A stretch of DNA of 64,000 nucleotides from Vicugna vicugna (Eukaryota), in NCBI GenBank assembly GCA_013265495.1, contig MU058636.1, positions 4,809,741 to 4,873,740 of the forward strand, in the 5' to 3' direction. The translations under genes and the position numbers were made by a program. The notes under the pieces are model-generated. The model was not told the DNA's origin and ran no database searches. It saw only the letters and a list, made by a program, of their open reading frames with translations. Shown here piece by piece: positions 26,096 to 38,326 of this stretch (position 1 is the stretch's first letter; each line of letters opens with the position of its first letter).

Positions 26096-28324
26096 CCCCA
26101 AATGGGGGGATATCTTCACACATACACACAACACAGAAGAAAGCACGGAGGTAAACAGACACCCACAGATGTCTCCACTGAGGTAGAAGATAAGGACAGG
26201 TACAGATCCAAGCGAGTTTATGAGTTCAGCTGTGAAAACAGAAATAGTTCTGCATCACCTGCGGAGAGTGAGAGTCTTGAGATTGGAATCTTACTTCTTC
26301 TGTCAGCTCTGTACTCCTCTTATCCAGTGTTTAATGCTCTCCATGATCTAGTCCTGGGTTTACCTACCCAACACATCACTACTATAAACGATCCACCCCA
26401 GTTAAGCCATGCTCCTCACTAGCCTAGGAGAACATCCAGCTCTTTCCCATCTCCATCTCCTTATTCATGCTGCCAGGCCTTTTCCACTGTTCAGCCACAC
26501 CCTCCTGGTCTTCAAGGCCAACTCCACATGGAGATTATCTCTTCCCTAATTATCTTACCTTCCTAACCATCCTCAGTGACTCCCCTGGCCTTTAACACCA
26601 CCAGCACACAAGACGCCATTCCCCATGAGACATTACTTACCCACAGTAGCATACTGGTTATTGTCTTCCATTTGTTAGTCTTGCATAGGCTCCTGCTCTT
26701 AATCTTATTTCCCATATACCTTACTGAACAAGCACTAACAGTCTTAGGAGTACTCAGTGAATTCTACTATTGTTGATTAGTGAATAATTGATAATAGTTG
26801 GTATTACATAACCCACGTATTCTACAGTGCTTACACATACATAATCACAGGATCATTGTTTACCACAGTATCTTAAATCCTCACAATAAACTAACCAATG
26901 GAATATTAGCTCCATTTTAATGAAAGGCTTCCTAGTATGTCGAACTAAGAATAAACCCAGAGAAGCCTTTTTATATATAAAATGACATATTTATTTGGTT
27001 ATTTAATAAATGCTTTGTCACACACCTGGGTCTATCTACCCAAATTATTTATAAAACTATTTTCAACTTTAAATAGCTTTAAAAATTTAACACATATAAA
27101 AAAATTTTTTAATTAAAAAAAGTTAATGCATAATATATATTTGTTAGAGAAAAATGAAAAAGTCACAGGTAAAAGTTTATAATCACACTGCCTTAAAGTC
27201 AACAACTGTCAACAACTTTCCACACATTTGTTCATAAGTATATGCAGACCCCTTTCTTTGAACACAAAATGGGATTTTGTGTATATATTGGCATGTAAAA
27301 TGTGCATCTATGTTCCCATTAATGACTCATGACTTATGAGCCAGTCCTCTATTTCTGTACGTTTAATTAAGTTGGCTTACATTGTTTCTATCATTTAAAA
27401 AACTACAACGCACATTCCTCTGTCTTCACGCACCCGTCCAGCTATTGTCTTCGAATGAATTCCTGAGAGTAGGACTTACAGTAAGAACCTGTTTTTGAAA
27501 TGTTTTTTAAATGAAATTGAGATGGTAAAACAGAGTTAGGGTGCACGCTGATTTTTCGGTACTCGGATGTACTTAAAAAATTTTAAACCAAATAAAACTC
27601 CAACTGTTATTTTTTAATATGTACGAAGAATTTAAATAGATGGTTTCGACATTCCAGCCCTTTCAAACTATGAAAACATACAGATGAAGAGCACAGAAAT
27701 CCAATGTTGATTTGGAAGATCAGACATATCCTAATTTCAAAAACATTTTTATTTATTTAATCAAATGAAAGATAAAAGTTAAGCAGAAAAAAGATGAACC
27801 CGGATATGTAAAAATGGATCTCCACCAATTTTTAAAAGAAAAAAGTTTTATTTTTCTGATCCAAGAAATACATGCTCATTATAGAAAATTTGGAAAATAC
27901 ATAGAAGAATGAAAATACGAATTTCCCAGAATCCAACAATACATAAGACAGCCTTACAGTTTTACTATTTTCTTACACGTGTATTTTTTTTTTGCCATCC
28001 TCCTTCTCTTCCCCACCGGAGCTCCCCACAAAAGTGGGGAAGGCAGCTCCTTGAGGGCCACAGCCTGTGAATACCTCCACACCTTTCATCTTCACTGCAG
28101 GCCTCCTTCCTTGCTGAGCTGTGGATTGTTTGCTTGCCACTTCCCAGATTTCTACGCAAATACACAACCCACCCGGAGGCAAGGCCAAGGTCCTCTGCTC
28201 CTGAACTGCCGATGCCCAGCCTATCAGGAGAACTCACAGTGTCAACTCCACTTCAGAGCCAGACTTCTCCCCAGGAACATTCTGAAGATTACTTCAGCTG
28301 ACCCAACATCTTGGACAGTAACTA

Positions 28325-28745
28325 ATGCCTCTAAAATTTATATAGCACTTTAAAGTTTAACAGGTTCTCTCACACATGTTTAATTCTCACAAGGGCCCTC
28401 TGAAGTAGATAGAGCAGATATCCCCATTTAACAGGAAGGAAACTGAGGTGCAGAGGAACTGAGATCATAGCTAGTCAGTAGCAGAGCTTGGATCTGAAGG
28501 CATAAATTGACTCTGGGGTCAGAGTTCTTTACCTAGCCAGTAATAACAAAACATTTTTAAGTCCTACAACTGGAAATTAAGAGCTAGAAAGATCGTCAAT
28601 AAATCTTCTAACCTAATCACTTCTTAGTAGTCACATGAAAGGAAAGTAAGTCCCAGAAAAGGTGGGTGATTGCCCAAAGTCACCAACTATTTTGTAATGA
28701 AGAGGATCTAAAGGCACATCTTCGGACTCCCATGCCAGTGCTCAC
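28325..28745. mobile_element. Tandem MIR/MIR3 remnants
   Basis: CCCCATTTAACAGGAAGGAAACTGAGG core and TTGCCCAAAGTCAC motif. Confidence 0.55.
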
Positions 28746-30432
28746 TCCAGTCGTCCCTAGGGAGGTGTTCTTTAATAAGCTGGTCTCTCATCCGGTGTCT
28801 TCCGTTTAGCCAAATGTCAATCAGGAATTAAAATCCTAAAAGTGCAGAGTGTTAGAGCCAGAAGGGACCTTAAAGACCACCCAGGCCATCCCACTCACTT
28901 TACAAATGAGAAAAGTGAGGTCCAAAACCCATGAATTCTGCGGTTCAATTCTCTGCACTTCCGCTCATCGCTTCACTTCCCTTCTGAGTAGTTATAAACA
29001 AAATCTGTCCAAAGACGTTTTCTTCCTTCTTGGACATTCTGTGTGATAGGTCACAGATCAGCAAGCCAAAGTGAAACTGAACAGGATTTGATTTCAGAAG
29101 ACACTTGGTTGGTAAGAGATGTACCCACCATGACCGTATCACAAAATAAGCAGTTCCACTGGATTCTAAGCAGGCTCCCCTAGTCTCCACCCAAAGGGAA
29201 GACCTATTGAAAGGTGCATATTGTTTTGCTAGAGGCTTCTACTCCACAAATCAGTCACTAATCCTGATTAAAACTGGCAGCATATCACCATAGCTGTCAC
29301 TGTTTCCTAACCTCAAAGGACCCAGACCCTCCTCCCAGTCTTTGGGTACCATTCAAATCCACTTCTGAATGTGTGCTACCTTGGTTCTTCTTCTATGGTT
29401 CCACCGTTCTACAGCCATTCTCCCGGTTTTACAGCCAGCCTTATCTCTCTGGTGAGGTAGAAAGCTCTTTGAGGGCAAAGGTCCACTTCTAATGACACCT
29501 ACTCCTGCCAGACACTGTGCTTGGCAGGACAGCATACAGGGCCCCTACCTTCAAGAAACTTACAGAAGGATAAACAAAACCATGTGCAAACCAAGTGAAG
29601 CCACAGGGGTATAAACGAGGAAGCCGAGGAAGCCGAGGAGGAGCCGGGAGAGCGAGCATCAACCAGTGGGGTAGCTGCCGGGTCAGCTAACAGACCTAAG
29701 TCGTAAAGGACTGGGGGAATCATTCAGGGCAAGGGTGGCAGAGGGCAGGCTAGGCAGGCAAGCCAGGCAGGCGGGCCAGAGTCAGCAAAGGCAAGGAGAG
29801 AAACAGTTCAACGCTGTAGGAACAAGTGCAGGGCAGAAGTCGGAGTTGAGGCTGCAGCTGCGGGCCTAGCAAGGTGGCCCCAGCAACAAGCCCGCATAAT
29901 TTTGCTCTGACCCGGTTCGGAGGCCGATGACGCAATTCACGAGTAAATGAATTTGCGCTCCCGTAGCCAGGCTGTGTCAATGACGGCCTGCGGCGACCGC
30001 GCGACCCCCTCCCCCAGGCACCTGTGCACTTTCTCAGCCAAAGCACACGCAGGGCTGCCTCAACTGGCCCGGCCCCCGACCCCAGGCCCCCGTTTCTCCG
30101 CTCCGGTTTAAAACGCCTGTTGACGCACCGTGGCGGGTGTCTGCGCGCCAGCGGTCGGCCCGGCGGTTTTCTCTGCAGTCGCCACCGGGCTTTCTTGAAG
30201 AAGACTCCCCGCGGGCCCCCGACCCCGGGCAAGGGGCGAAGGCTCCCCAGCCCGGCTGGCGCAGGGGCCGCGCGGGGGCCGGTGCCATCTGCGGCTCGCG
30301 CCAGGCGCAGTGCCTACAGCCGTCTTCCCGCGAGGGCGCAGCATGGGAACCAACGGGACGGGCCGCCCGCAGCTCGGGCCCGCGGCTCGGGCGGGACCGG
30401 GCGGCCCGGCTGCCCCGCGGCAGGCTCGGGCC

Positions 30433-30456
30433 GGGGCCGGGGCCGGGGCCGGGGCC
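30433..30456 (+). repeat. (GGGGCC)4 hexanucleotide repeat with partial flanking units
   Basis: GGGCC GGGGCC GGGGCC GGGGCC GGGGCC GGGC read directly at 30428-30460. Confidence 0.95.
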
Positions 30457-30511
30457 GGGCGAGGGGCTCGCTCGGCCCTGTCCGCGCGCGGCGCCCGGGT
30501 GCCGTCATTAC

Positions 30512-30690
30512 CTGGCCAGCGTAGTTTTCCCGGAGCCCGGGAGGCCTCGCAGGAGGTAGAGGTGTTTCCGAAAGCTGTGGCGGCGCAAAGGTGTCCCACG
30601 CGGGGGCGGCGGGGCCGGCGGCCGAGGCGGCTGCTGCTGCTGCTGCCGGAGGCTCAGCCTCCCAAAGGATTCAAGAAAACTCTCCTCCAT
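30512..30690 (-). CDS. N4BP2L1: N4BP2L1 coding exon 1 (179 nt) with Walker A motif
   Basis: ATG at 30690. Translates MEESFLESFGRLSLRQQQQQPPRPPAPPPPRGTPLRRHSFRKHLYLLRGLPGSGKTTLA(R); CAG|GTAATG donor. P-loop GLPGSGKT as in the N4BP2 polynucleotide-kinase-like domain. Confidence 0.96.
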
Positions 30691-32010
30691 TGGGTGGGGG
30701 CTGGTCGCAAGAGCCCTGGGTTCCCTTTCCTGGAGCCAGGGTCCTGGCCAAAGCTGTTGTTTTTGTGGCTCTCCGGCCATGTGATAGATGGAGGGGCGGG
30801 CGCTCGGAGCCCAGCCCCTCCTTCCCACCCGCCCGATCCGCGCTGCGTGGGAGGGGGCGTCCCTACCTGGAAAGCTGGGGACTATGGGAGACTGACAGCC
30901 GGGAAAACCTTGGTGACGCGACCCCTGCTCTCCGCCCTACTCCCTGGCCTCCCTTCGCCCTGAGGGGAGAGGACTGGCCCACCGGGACACTGGACATTTC
31001 TCCCGGCTGCCCGCTTGGAAGGCAGGCCCGCCGCAAAAGCCTTCCCTCACCCCACCGCCCACTGGCCTAGACCTTGAAAGTGAAATAGTTTCAGTTGACG
31101 ATAAAAGAATGTGAACAGCATTTTGAATAGTAACAGTAAAGGCTCATTGTCTCCCCCAGTTTGTGAGCATCAATCTCTGGCTGGTGTCCCAACGGCTACC
31201 AAAACTCTCCCAGGGCCTGTATCTTTTCTTTTTTTTAAATCTTTATCGGCCTGCCAAAAATATTCTTAGAAAGCTTTGTTGCCTCTACATAACTTTAAAT
31301 CTCTTCTTCTTCAGAAAAAAATCACCCCTTAAAACTAATCTTGATTTATGCACAGCAGCATAAACTAGGCCTCCTGAGAAGGGCGGGCTACTCCCCAAGT
31401 TCATATTCTGCTGCCACCTGAAAAGACATGGTCTCTTCGGGAACTATTTGAGCCCCCCAGGGAAAGAAGCAGCCTTCTGATAGTATAGATAAGTACCTAG
31501 AATTAAATTCTAAGTTCCAGGAACTGGTGAGTGCCAGTTGGTTATCACCATAATACTCTCCAATATTTCACACTCAAGAGTGTGATAGAGTGATCCTATT
31601 TTGTAAACTAAAATTTAAATTTAATTTAAAATTTTTAAATTAAATTAAAGCAATTTCCTTCTAAAATGAAATCTAGAGATTTCACGACGAGCTTTGGGAG
31701 GGGCTCTCCAAGTAGGGAGGGGCTCTGTGCTAATAATTTTACTTCCTCTTAGGATTAGGGGTGGGGACGAGCGGGCACGGAGATGAGCTGCTTTCTCTTG
31801 AAAATCTCTTCGTAGCATTGCAGGAAGGATTCACAGAATACTGAGAAGCACTGGAATTTCAAAAGCTTCTCTAAATATTAGGGGAAACCATAGACAATGG
31901 AGAATATACATATATCATAAAATAATGATGCTTATAATGTATGTATCCTATCATACTTCTTACAAGAACATTCTTGCCCAGCCTCAAATACTACTTTTTT
32001 CAATCTAGAC

Positions 32011-32311
32011 TTGCACTGTCTAATACAGAAGCCACTAGCCACATGTGGCTACTGAGCACTTGAAATGTGGCTGGTCCAAACTGAGATTAAAATACACACT
32101 GAATTTTGAAGGTTTGGTATGAAAAAAAAAAGTGTGTAAAATATCTCAATCATTTTTATATTGATTACATGTTGAAGTGATAATATGTTGAGTGTATTGG
32201 GTTCATATATTACTAAAATTAATTTCACCTGCTTCTTTTTGCTTTTTTAATGTGGCTATTAGAAAAGTCTAAATTACATATATGACTAACATATTTCTGT
32301 TGGACAGTGCC
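32011..32311 (-). mobile_element. MER33-like hAT-Charlie DNA transposon
   Basis: Terminal inverted repeats GCACTGTC...GACAGTGC; internal GCCACTAGCCACATGTGGCTACTGAGCACTTGAAATGTGGCT. Confidence 0.85.
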
Positions 32312-32799
32312 ACATGAGACTTCCGCCCATTTCAATTTCCTTCCATAAAGGGCGTCCTGAGCAGCGCGGGATAGGGCAGCAGGAAGACAGAGCTTTAGAG
32401 ACTAGAAGTTTTGGCACACGGATTCTCTAGCGCCTATGGCAGCTGGAGCAACCTAGTGGATGCTGGGAAATACGAGTGTGTTGTTCAGAAGAGAGGTCTG
32501 AGCTGGAGTCAAAGCTTTGGAAATCCTTGCCCTGTGCGTAGATAGAGAATAGGGCAGACAGCTGAAGAGGGGGCTTGGGGACAGCATTTGAGGACTATGC
32601 CTTTGAGGTGGATCTACTGAAGAAGAGTGTGAGAGACAGAACTGTAATATAGTGTGTGGAGCCCCAGAGAGGGAGAACTCAAGGATAAAATGGTTGTCAG
32701 TACCTTAAAGTGACCCTATACACTTCTCCTTTCTCTTAGCTCCCAAGATTTGACTAGTCACCAAACTCTATGTCCCCCTATTTCTCAGAACCACACTGT

Positions 32800-32930
32800 T
32801 TAAAGCTATCTGTTTGTGTACCTGTTTCCTCCCACTAGACTGTAAGTTCAAGGGCAAGGACATTGTTGCCCTTGTTATCCCAAGATCTAACACAGTGCTG
32901 ACATTTAGGAGGTGCTCAATAATTGCATGT
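32800..32930 (+). mobile_element. L2 3' end remnant
   Basis: CCCACTAGACTGTAAGTTCAAGGGCAAGGAC...AACACAGTGCTGACATTTAGGAGGTGCTCAATAA. Confidence 0.7.
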
Positions 32931-35374
32931 GGACCAGAACTGCTTTCTCAGTAGATGAGTCTGAGCTTGGGATTTACAAAAGATTAAGACTGAACGAAGA
33001 TAGTAGTAACTTCAGCTAAGGAGTAATGTAAACAGAGTCAGTGACCATACTGACAGATCTGAAAGCCACCTTGCTGTTAGCTGCATTCAGATCCTTACTG
33101 GTCTTATCTAGGTGGCAGCCTCCAGAGGAGAGCCACCCCACATCAGAGGATCCCTGTGATAACACTCCTTCACGCCCTCAGTTCATTCAACCAGCTCTTC
33201 AGCTCTAGGGTTCTGTTCCATTTCTCTAGAATGTGATGACCAGTACAATCTCACTTTGCTGCACTAGAAACCATAACCATGATGGACATAAAGAAAATAA
33301 TCTTGAAAGTCATTTTTGGCAAATGATAAAACATTCAATATTTCTCTAATTATTACTATGGGATGTGGAAAAATAAGGAGGTGCACAGGAAGAGCTAGAG
33401 AAAAGCAGGAATTTAACCCTCAAAACTACAGTTCCAAATACCCCAGGATTTGGAATGCTTAATTATAAATCAGCCCTAGGTTCCTCCCCTAGAGATGCCA
33501 AGATAGCCGAAAATCTGAAAGCAAGATGAAGCTTCCAAAGCAGCCTAACCAAAGACCCTTTAACATTGTAGAACCACTTAAAATATATAGGTAGAAGCTT
33601 TCCAATCCTCTCTAATCCTATGTCCTTTCTTCCCCTACCAAAAACTTTTTTCTGATTTTTTTACTTAAAAGTGTAAGTCTTATATACATTCTTATTCACC
33701 TTGTTGCATATATATGAGACATGACTTGAAAGGAGAGGAAAGCATCCATCTTCACCTGCTCACTGTTTCTATGGTGGACTCCTGGATGCTCCAGCACCTC
33801 TAGCTTGCACCTTCTGCCACAGTCTGCACTATCCGGCCATTCAGAGGTAGGACCTTGTTGTCCTCTCTTCCTAACACTGCTTCTACCTAGCTCTTCCCTC
33901 ATCCTTCCCCTAGAAGCCTGACAGAAGCTGCAGGAAACTGGAGGAGGTTAGGGAGAGGGAGGGGGACAAGGGAAGAACAGTCATACCGAGTATGTCTGCT
34001 TGGCTGAATTGAGAGGGGAAATGCTCAGGACTCTGGTAGCCTGGGATAAGTCTGCCAATGCAGAAATGTCCTCTGGACAATCCTGATTTTGTTCATTCTA
34101 CCCCGCACTGCCTCTACTGCCTATATTCCATCCCTCACTCTTCTGGGCCTCACACTTCTCCCCCAAGACAAGGACCATATCATCTATTTCCACAGCATCT
34201 AGTATTTTCCACTGTGCACAGGGGTACTTGACGATTATAACCTTTGAGGAGGAAACATAGGAGGTGGGGACAGTAGTCTCAATCCATTTTTTCTAAAGCT
34301 CCATTCTGGAAATTAGGGCAAGGTAATAAAGGCTGGTGCTGGAGAAAGCTAGGGGCATTCTGGAACCTGAATATAAGCCTGGGTGGACAGTCAGGTGGTA
34401 TGCATCAGTGCAGCACAAAGGAGTCTCAGAACTGATCACTACCCTGTTAAATATTTATAATACTACCCCTACTTATAGCCATGGTGGTGTGGTCTCTAAC
34501 ATATTCACTAGAAATCCATAAATGTTGCTGTCGATGGCCCCTGAGAAAGCAAAGATTTGCCAGATGCCAGAGTCTGCTCCCCAGCCACCTGTGCCTTAAC
34601 CCTAACGCTGATCAGCTCTTCCCTGAAGTCATCCCATCCTAGGTCAAAGGCAGGTCCAGTTTCACAATGGCTCCAGGAGCCTGAACAGAGAGCAAGACCC
34701 TTGGGGAGTTCAATCAAACACTGAAGACCATGGCCTCCATCTGGAAGAGACTTAGTTTAGTAGAAAGATAAACTGAAACTGTATGAAATGAAAGGAAATA
34801 AGGAAAACATTGAGATGTTTTAAAATAAAGCACTCATTTTCCAATAAAGATGGCAGATGGAACACAAATATTTAACTTCCACCCCCTCACTGAAACCCCA
34901 CTGAAATGTAAAGGATTTTTGGGGGGTGGTGGGGTTATTATTATTTTTAAGTATAAACTGTAAGAAAAGAGAGAAAAGTTCACAGCAACAAATTTTGAAA
35001 ACTGGAAAACAAAGGCCCAGTGTTAATTTGGAAAACAAAATCCGAATTATAGAAAGCCAAGAAGCAATAAAATTTACCCTAAATAACCCCTAAAGTTTCA
35101 GGAACTGGAAGATTTAGGGCTGGAGATGGGGTTTTACACAGCAAGGTCAGTTGAAAGTTTGTTTAAGAAACAAACATCTACATAGTCAGGCAGCTGCCTG
35201 TCCACTAAGGAAGCCTGGAGCTTTGTTCCCTGGAGAAGATAAAACAGGATGAGGAGAAGGTGGTAAATGCCTACATGCTGAATAGTGAGTAATCTTTCAT
35301 ATTTGAAGTTTGTTAAGTACAATTAAACTAAAATCTACTAATAAAAAAGATAATAGTTACACAGAATACAGTGC

Positions 35375-35680
35375 AAGTGCCACAATCCCTAACCAGGATC
35401 TTTGAGGTCAGATATGTTTCAGAATTTGGAAAGTTCTGAGTGGGGTCTAGGGCAGCCCCTGGTAATTAAACATTAATATTTCTGCAGTGAAATGTCTGAA
35501 TAGTCACACTAAGTGGGATAAAAAGGAAGTAAAATCAGCCTCTCTGTTTGGGTCAAGTTTTGCTGTCAACTTAGTTTTAATGCCAAACATTTAAGAAACA
35601 AAACAAAACAAAAATAACTATTGGTTTTCAGAGTGTTTTGGACTTCAGAATTCTAGAAATGGAATCGTGGCCCCATACTT
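35375..35680. mobile_element. TcMar-Tigger-type MITE remnant
   Basis: Degenerate inverted ends GCCACAATCC...GGAATCGTGGC; internal ACATTAATATTTCTGCAGTGAAA...CACACTAAGTGGGATAAA. Confidence 0.5.
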
Positions 35681-36650
35681 GGATATAGGGCCTACCCTTC
35701 TATTATGATGCAGTTTTTAAAATAAGCTACTCAAGTTTTCTGTGCCTTATTTTCTTCATAAAATAAAGTATGGCAAAGATCTTCAAAATTATAGAATAGA
35801 ATGTTCAAGTTGTTACCTCTTTTGCTGAGTTTTTTTTTTTATTAGTATTCGGGTAACTGATCAAGAATGGTTGAACAGATTATTCAAACCAATTTTGGTA
35901 TCCAACGAGTATATCACTGTGGATGATCCTCTAGGTTGGCGCTGAGCACTCTTTCTGGATGAGTACGATCTTCAACAGTACCAGAGACGGAGAATTCAAC
36001 TACAAACAAACAGAAGCCTGGACAAGCCCAGACAAAATGGTGACGTGAGCGGAGTTTGATGTCGGTTTCCCAGGCTCTTAACCTACTTATACCACATCCC
36101 CCCACTCCACCCCCACCCCTGGCATCTAGGATCTCACACTGTCCCACAGCCTCCACATCCTGCCTTGTCCCGCCTCATTCAAGAGCCTGTCCTCCTGACT
36201 TTGCCCAACCACCTATCTCTCAATCAAAACCTGTTCTATGTCCAGCTATTTATGTTATAAAGTTAATAATAAATACACTAATTAGTGCAAATGTGTTAAG
36301 TTTATTTAGTCAATATGTTGTTCTCCTGGATAACACAATTACTATTCTGCCAGGGGCATTTCAAAGACAGTGCTGTAACCAACAAAAGTACTTAGGGGAA
36401 GGGAATTAACCCTCCTTACAAAGAGCCTATTATTTGTCTGGTACTATGCTAAGAAATCTGTACAAGTTATTTCATTTACTCCTTTTTTAATACCCCCATG
36501 ACAGGCTGCTATTATAAACTTATTTTTCTACAGGTGAAGAAACTGAGGACCTGAGAGGGTAATTTGTTTAAGGTCACACAACCAGTCAGCAGTAGCTTCA
36601 AGATGGGAACCCATTCTCTTTCCAGCACTCCACCCTACCTCCTTAAAGGA

Positions 36651-36659
36651 GTATGTATG

Positions 36660-36729
<70 letters not shown>

Positions 36730-36733
36730 CACA
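36651..36733. repeat. Compound (TA)n(CA)n(TA)n microsatellite
   Basis: Read directly; about 21 CA units. Confidence 0.95.
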
Positions 36734-37595
36734 CCCTGGCGACCAGCAGAAAAAGGATCTTGAAAGAGGCAAGGATTTGAGGCTCCCAGAGCAACCATAT
36801 TCTCCTGCTATTTCTCTCTTTCTAAATTTCTATTTACCCCTTGATGCCTACTGATCATTATGCCAAACACAAAACTTGGAGGCCCATTCTCATAATAATT
36901 ATAGAAAATCTGTACATAGCTTTCAACACTCATAAAATTCCCCAACAAGAGAAGACTAATAACTAGGGATGACTGCTCTGGGAGGTTCACAGAGGGCAGT
37001 TAGTTTAGCACGAATGTAGAAGATGAACATAAAAAATCAAAACTATGGTCCAGAACGTGCCCTTGACACAAAATTAGCAGATAGAAGTTTAGCATATAGA
37101 AGAGACTCCAGAATTGGCTACAGCCAAATATATCCATGCTTGTTGCATGTTGCTTATACTGGTGTCACACTGAGGGGAAGGGAAAATACTCCCTTCCTAA
37201 CTTTAATCCCAATATAAACTCCATGAGAATACTCAGTAAGTATTTGTTGAACAAATATATGAATTTCTTCACCTCCTTTCTCAGGAATTCCTTATAGCCT
37301 CTTATCTCTTCCACTACTGTATTGACCTCACATTTCCTAGTGGTCCCTCCAAGCCTCTAGACTCTTCTCCCAAATCTTTAGTACTTCCCCTTCTTCTTTA
37401 AGCAGAAACATGTTGAAAACAAAGAAAACTATTTTTACGGGGTATATGTGTATTTCTAATTAGTTGAGAAATGGAAACACAGAATACTCTTAGAAATAAG
37501 AGTTACAATGAAAAGAGAAAACATATGGCAAATGCAGAGTACATTCAATTCTTATCAAATGCAGACACACATATAATGAAATCACAGCAGCTGTG

Positions 37596-37642
37596 TTTAT
37601 TTCATAATTTAGGCATTTGGAAAAAAGTGCAGTGTGTTTATT
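37596..37642 (-). terminator. N4BP2L2: Two candidate N4BP2L2 polyadenylation signals (AATAAA)
   Basis: TTTATT on the + strand at 37596-37601 and 37637-37642, about 500 nt past the stop. Confidence 0.55.
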
Positions 37643-37970
37643 TTAATGTCAGGTTGATGTCAAGTTTAAAACATAACATGGGTTTGTCTGTATGTTTTAC
37701 CCCTTTTCCTAGAGAATCTTCTAATATTTAAATATAACCTATATTCTTAAATTCCCAGCCTTTATCACATATCAATCTAGGGGCTGGGGGCAGAGAGTAA
37801 GGGGGAGGAAACTCCTCATAAACTGTGTGTTGACCAAATACTCTAAAATACATTCTAACCAATAAAGTCGGGAAATAAATTTGGTAGCAACATTCTGAGC
37901 TTTGTTGTATTTCACAAAAAGATCTACATTTAAGGGAAATAAAAACATTACATGTGCAATAGCACACAGG

Positions 37971-37984
37971 GTTGCCATGGTAAC
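37971..37984. promoter_or_regulatory. RFX X-box motif
   Basis: GTTGCCATGGTAAC fits the consensus GTNRCC(N0-3)RGYAAC. Confidence 0.6.
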
Positions 37985-38119
37985 AGACTACAAGTTTTTT
38001 ATATTGACTCTTCAATTGTAGTACATATGAGCTATTAGAAACAAATAATGTCAACATCCATTTTCTTCTGATCATATAGTGGTCTCCAGAATAAGCTGTA
38101 CTTACAGTTCAAGGAATTC

Positions 38120-38152
38120 TCATTTTTTTAAACAAATCTTCTTCTGTCTTTT
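38120..38152 (-). CDS. N4BP2L2: N4BP2L2 long-isoform terminal coding exon
   Basis: TTTCTAG acceptor. AAA AGA CAG AAG AAG ATT TGT TTA AAA AAA TGA = KRQKKICLKK*. Phase 0 fits the upstream exon. Confidence 0.85.
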   Translation of the reverse strand, partial: KRQKKICLKK

Positions 38153-38305
38153 CTAGAAATTATAATTAAAATACATATAATAACGATTAATATTTGGCAT
38201 TGGGGTTAGGTTTGCAACATCATTTAACTCATGTAGGGACACTCCCAAAATGAGAAAAGAAACATGATAGCCACAAACGTCAATTTAAACAGTTAAAATA
38301 CTGAA

Positions 38306-38326
38306 GTGTGTGTGTGTGTGTGTGTG
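38306..38326. repeat. (TG)n microsatellite
   Basis: Read directly. Confidence 0.9.

Larger units (their letters stand above)
29850..31070. promoter_or_regulatory. N4BP2L1: CpG island spanning the N4BP2L1 promoter, exon 1 and start of intron 1
   Basis: Very high GC and CpG density against an AT-rich background. GC box GGAGGGGCGGGC near 30790-30801 and E-box CATGTG at 30778-30783. Confidence 0.92.

Noticed and set aside
30631..30645. (CAG)5 polyglutamine run in N4BP2L1
   Set aside because: Too short to be notable.
29750..31070. Many overlapping long ORFs on both strands
   Set aside because: Stop codons are scarce in a CpG island; only 30512-30690 matches a known protein.
33103..33120. CTCF-like CTAGGTGGCAG motif
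   Set aside because: The 5' CCA part of the core does not match.
35862..35897. Imperfect hairpin AATGGTTGAA...TTCAAACCAATT
   Set aside because: Short and bulged; too weak for a miRNA or MITE call.
37600..38119. SECIS element to explain the N4BP2L2 in-frame TGA
   Set aside because: No convincing ATGA/AA/GA stem-loop by eye, and the orthologous residue appears to be Trp rather than Cys.
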